A stretch of DNA of 64,000 nt from Eledone cirrhosa (taxonomy: Eukaryota): contig OZ024742.1 of assembly GCA_964016885.1 (NCBI GenBank), forward strand, positions 209,808,001-209,872,000, read 5' to 3'. Shown here in pieces: positions 59,411 to 64,000 of the stretch. Made by a program: the position numbers and the translations under genes. The notes under the pieces were generated by a model. It ran no database searches. It was given only the letters and a program-made list of their open reading frames with translations, and was not told the origin of the DNA. Within the stretch, counting starts at the first letter, position 1. Every line of letters starts with the position of its first letter.

Positions 59411-60379
59411 GCATACATACATACATACATACATACATACATACATACATACATACATACATACATACATACATACATACATACACACACACAAATTTTA
59501 AACTTACCTGCGTAGATTACATGTAATACAGGAAAGGGTTGGTATTAAGAAACAAAGAAGAAGAAGAAGAAGAAGAAGAAGAAGAAGAATGTACAGGAGG
59601 AGGAGGAGGAGGAGCAGATGATTGGGGACAGTTATTTGGTTTGGGGAAGAAAAGAATGTATGGTTGAGGAATGTCTGTGAGAATGAGGAGGCAAGGAAAA
59701 GGTTGGAAAGGCGAATAACTAGGATAATTATTATGATGCTGGGGAGGAAGAAAATGAGGCGGAAAAGAAGGATAAGAAGAATAAGAATATCAACCACAAA
59801 AAACAACAATACCAACAATAATTCTCGTATCAACTTCAATAACACTGGTTAGAATAACAATAACAACAACAATATCATTAAAAAGAAGTATAAGCATAAA
59901 CCACAAAAACAAGAAAACCAAAACCAAAATATGTTCGAAAATTATTTACAAAATTCCAAGAGAGTAGTTTACTGTTCTGTTTTCTTTTATGACCGTAAAA
60001 CTGGAGCGTTTGTTGCCGCGTTCTTAACACGCCTCTTACTTTGAACAGCTTGAGTTCCATGCATTCTACCAGGTTAAGTATATTGAGTGGAGTTCTACTT
60101 TCTGCGTGTTGTAAACAGTAGGTATAAATATGTATTTACAAATTTAATACAGAGAGCATTAAAATGCCGAAGTAGATTATAATATGCAGGTAAAAAAATA
60201 ACAACAATAGTAATTTAATAATCTTATTCCTATATACGAGAACTAACTAATCTGTTTCAACCTCATGTTGGCATCATCAGTGAAGTAGTATTGCGACCGT
60301 CAGTCGCAATCGAGAATGACTTGTTAATAACTTTTAGGTTCCAATATAGATGTATCAAACTGAATCTCTGCTAAGTCAT

Positions 60380-61430
60380 ATTTTGATTGCTCTTATATGC
60401 CTGGGAGACAGGAATTGTTTACAACAAGCCAGAGAACTGAATCACTTTCATACCACGTGTCTTTGTGATCGGTTCAGCATTCTGCTCCAAGCATGTTCCT
60501 AGTGACCAGAATATCTTGTCTATGAGTTCACTGCTTGATGACATAATCTAAGATGAGTCAGAACTTGGTGCTTGGAGGCATCTATATTGTGGTCTGGAAG
60601 GCGAAATGTTTTCTTAATAATCAAAGAGTTTTTTACACTGCATGTTTTGAAGAGGCCACTAATATTGCATTTGTCTGTGACATTCCTACGTTACACACAT
60701 TTCCAAGCTTGGAAATCTGTGCCAAACCATGCAATCTTGTTGTATACGTGTCAAGTTTCTTGCAGAATTTGTCCTTGTCTTTAATTTGGTTGGATATGGT
60801 GAATATGCACCGGTTGCTATGATATATTTGTTGTTTCTACCAAAAAGGAGATGTAGGGACATAAGCTGGACATTGAGACCTTTTGAAAAGCTCGTTGGTT
60901 TGTGCATGATGTGATATTTTATGTCCAAACCAACTCCCTACTTACGGCGTTCGTCTTTGCTGCACTCACACCAATAGAAAGTGTAGCTAGCATAGCTCTG
61001 TCAGCTGTTACTCTTCTGTATTTCTACATTGTACCGAGCAAGTTCTTTAGCAATTAACACAATTCGTCTTTCTGGTTTATCAGCTTAGGAACTGTCTAGT
61101 CGAGCGCGTATATTCCATGCAGCTACGATGGACACTATTACCTTTCTTTGTTTTGTATTATTTCGACCCCCGTCAGTCACGTATTATTTCGACCCCCGTC
61201 AGTCACGCTAAACTAGCCTGGGTGTAATGAAGCAAGCAATATTTAGACCGCTTTTCAGACTTATTCCCACGGTGGAAGAGGGAAAAGGAGTGCTATTGAA
61301 TTCCAATGTTGTTTGAGCAATAGAAGATGACCATCAGCCAATATATCCATAGCTCTTTCCTCAGTACCTCCAGCATTACAGGAGTTGGGTTCAAGTTTAG
61401 CCCAATGCCATGATTTGATCGTAACCCCCC
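60380..61430 (-). mobile_element. RTE-clade LINE 5' fragment (AP-endonuclease + probable 5' UTR), degraded
   Basis: Minus strand SIVAAWNIR, DKPERRIVLIAKELARYNVEI, QLMSLHL..IATGAYSP, LDYVI, QDILVTRNMLGAEC*TDH. Confidence 0.75.
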
Positions 61431-62203
61431 CCCCCTCCCCTCTCATACACAGATACTTTCTCTCGCTCTTTCTCTTCCTGTATCACCTGGAATTAGAGGA
61501 AATACATAGTCAAGAGAGCTGAAGGTGAGGCTGAATGCAGAGGTTGTCGGAGAATTGGAACAGTTTCACTCGAAACCGTCTAGGGGGGCTTCACTCCGTT
61601 TTTTTCTGTCGGGCTGTTTCCCTTAGTTTCTGTTATCGCAAGCCTCACAAGATAGTTGTTACCCATCATCATCATCATCATCATCATCACCACCACCACC
61701 ACCACCACCACCCCCACATCATGGTATTGATGGTGGAGGAGATTATAAACATAATTATTATATCGGCTGTATTAAGTGAAGGCATAATTATAATAAATAT
61801 AATCTATATTTTTGTGTAATGATCTTCCAAGAAAAATATATTTTAGTTATGTGCAATATTGAGTGATAAGAATACTTGATGCCGCGAGAATAATAACTGA
61901 AAAAGAAAAGAAAATACACCAAATGTAGCAGAAAGATATACAAAAAGTCGTAATACGATTTTTTAAATGACATTTTACATACTATTATACATGCTTTTAC
62001 AATTATTTTTAGTAAATAATTTTCATTTTGCCTCACGTCTTATCTGATGAAACGTTTTAGCGCAGAAAATTTCAAAAATAATTACTTCACTAATGCATTG
62101 GAAAATATGTATACATACACATACAAAGTGAGAGAGAGAGTGAGAGAGAGAGACATAAACACTCAGATATATATATATATGTGCTCACACACACGTCTAT
62201 ATA

Positions 62204-62254
<51 letters not shown>

Positions 62255-62383
62255 GTGTGTTTAATGGTGGCTATGATGCTTCCATAGGCGGTATGCCAGT
62301 TGAGCACTCTATGTTCTTACAGAGCAGAGTGTGATATAATATAAGACGAAAATTCAGTGATGCATCTGGACTCAATTTATTGT

Positions 62384-62471
62384 GTGTTACAATTGTTTCG
62401 CTGGCAGACAGCTCGAGACACGATCATTGTATGGATCTGTTTGATTCTAGAACTGCAGGTTCGTCGGACAC
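62384..62471 (-). ncRNA. Hammerhead motif (core CCGACGA, U4C variant)
   Basis: Minus strand GTGT-CCGACGA-...-GAAA-CAATTG-TA-ACAC then AATAAA. Tail runs to (TA)n at about 62250. Confidence 0.6.
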
Positions 62472-62669
62472 TTGCAATAATTTCGGAACAAATTTTTTCA
62501 CTGTGGTTTTAGCTACAAAAGACATCTTCCTCGCTTGTCCTGCTGTTGGCTGTTGTTTTTCTACGTCATCATAAATTCTGGCCAATATTTGCTGCCATAC
62601 TGCCCATCAGCTACTCTCAGTCCGACACACGTCAATGAATTCATGCTGGGTTTGGTATTTCACAAGTCA

Positions 62670-63206
62670 CTCACACACACATATACACACATATATACAT
62701 ACACATACACACACACGCGCACATACATGTGTACATATATATATATACATACATATACATACACACACATGTACATATACACACCCATATACATATACAC
62801 ACACACTCTCACATACACACACACACACGCCTACGACCATATAACTAACAAATGCGTCCACAGGTGCCTGCCTACATGCCCTCGTATATCAGCTCTCACA
62901 CGCACGCACAGTCGCACGCACAGTCGCACGCACAGTCGCACGCACATACACGCACACGTACACAAGGACACACACATGCGTACATCTACTCATATACACA
63001 AATACGTACAGACATATACATATACAAAGACACGCACACGCACATACACACGCCTGTCCGTACAAAGAGGCACAAAGACAGACACACTTCCAAACACACA
63101 CATACACACACATACATATATATCTATAAATATATATATACATATGTGTATATGTACACACACATAAACGTACCCACCAGTAATCCCTTAGCCTGTTTTA
63201 GGTGCA

Positions 63207-63253
<47 letters not shown>

Positions 63254-63552
63254 GCTCTTATACATGCCAACAAATACGCGCCCAAATGCCTCCGTGCCCA
63301 CGTACATCTACAAAGATACATACACGCACACACATATCTCTGTCCGTACTCAAATATCATATACTCACAGTCATATAAATCTGCACAAAAGGTCATACAG
63401 GGTCATCCATGAAAGGATGCATCCTGTTATACATGCACGAGTATAAACAATGTAACCAAGTACATACATCCATACACATACATGCAAGCGTACATACACA
63501 CATATAAATAAATAAGTAAATAAATAGAAAAATAAAAAAATAAATAAAAGTG

Positions 63553-63589
<37 letters not shown>

Positions 63590-63870
63590 ATATACACATA
63601 CACATACACACACACATACATATACACACACATATATATATATACACACACACATACACACACAGACATACACACCCACATATATATGTACATACACACA
63701 CATACATACACATCAATAAAAAAAAACTACAATATACTAAAATACACATCTAACGTCATACATTAAATATGTATCTCGTACTAAACATGCACAGATAAAC
63801 ATTATAATCATATACATACATCCCTACACATTGACGTAACACACATATATATATGTATATATACGCACAG

Positions 63871-63911
<41 letters not shown>

Positions 63912-64000
63912 TATATACACATACGCTTACACATATACACACATATAAAAACAATAAAATAAATATACAGTATACAGTAAAATAAATATATAAAAAATAA
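62670..64000. repeat. Low-complexity (CA)/(TA)/(TACA)-rich region
   Basis: Direct inspection. Confidence 0.85.

Noticed and set aside
60245-60285. CTGATGA-tgcc..ggtt-GAAA on minus
   Set aside because: No stem I complement; not supportable as a ribozyme.

Overview
AT-rich, microsatellite-dense animal DNA, most likely cephalopod/Octopus-like (inferred from the SINE, RTE and Penelope content; not provable from this window). I recognise no host protein-coding exon; nearly all long ORFs in the track are microsatellite artefacts. The window is a collection of decayed retroelements. It holds a chimeric tandem array of R4/Dong-type RLE LINE fragments in (TACA)n (6.5-16.5 kb) plus a 5' end at 1-850, a decayed Naiad-type Penelope element (RT + GIY-YIG, 50.8-53.3 kb) with three other EN 3' fragments, RTE LINE fragments, about 12 tRNA/Nin-Deu-domain SINEs, an Hsmar2-like deleted mariner, Helentron/HINE-like elements and a hAT-like MITE. 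The main hidden signal is more than 20 minimal type I hammerhead ribozyme motifs from about a dozen different sequence families, almost all next to (TA)n. Three sit in non-coding tandem units of 421, 457 and 467 bp with one ribozyme per unit. The 457 and 467 bp arrays are two multi-unit arms in opposite orientation, with circularly permuted 3' ends pointing outward into (TA)n. This is the footprint expected if circular retrozyme RNAs are reverse-transcribed in rolling-circle fashion from both ends of a break in a TA microsatellite, plausibly by a Naiad/Penelope RT-endonuclease (inference).
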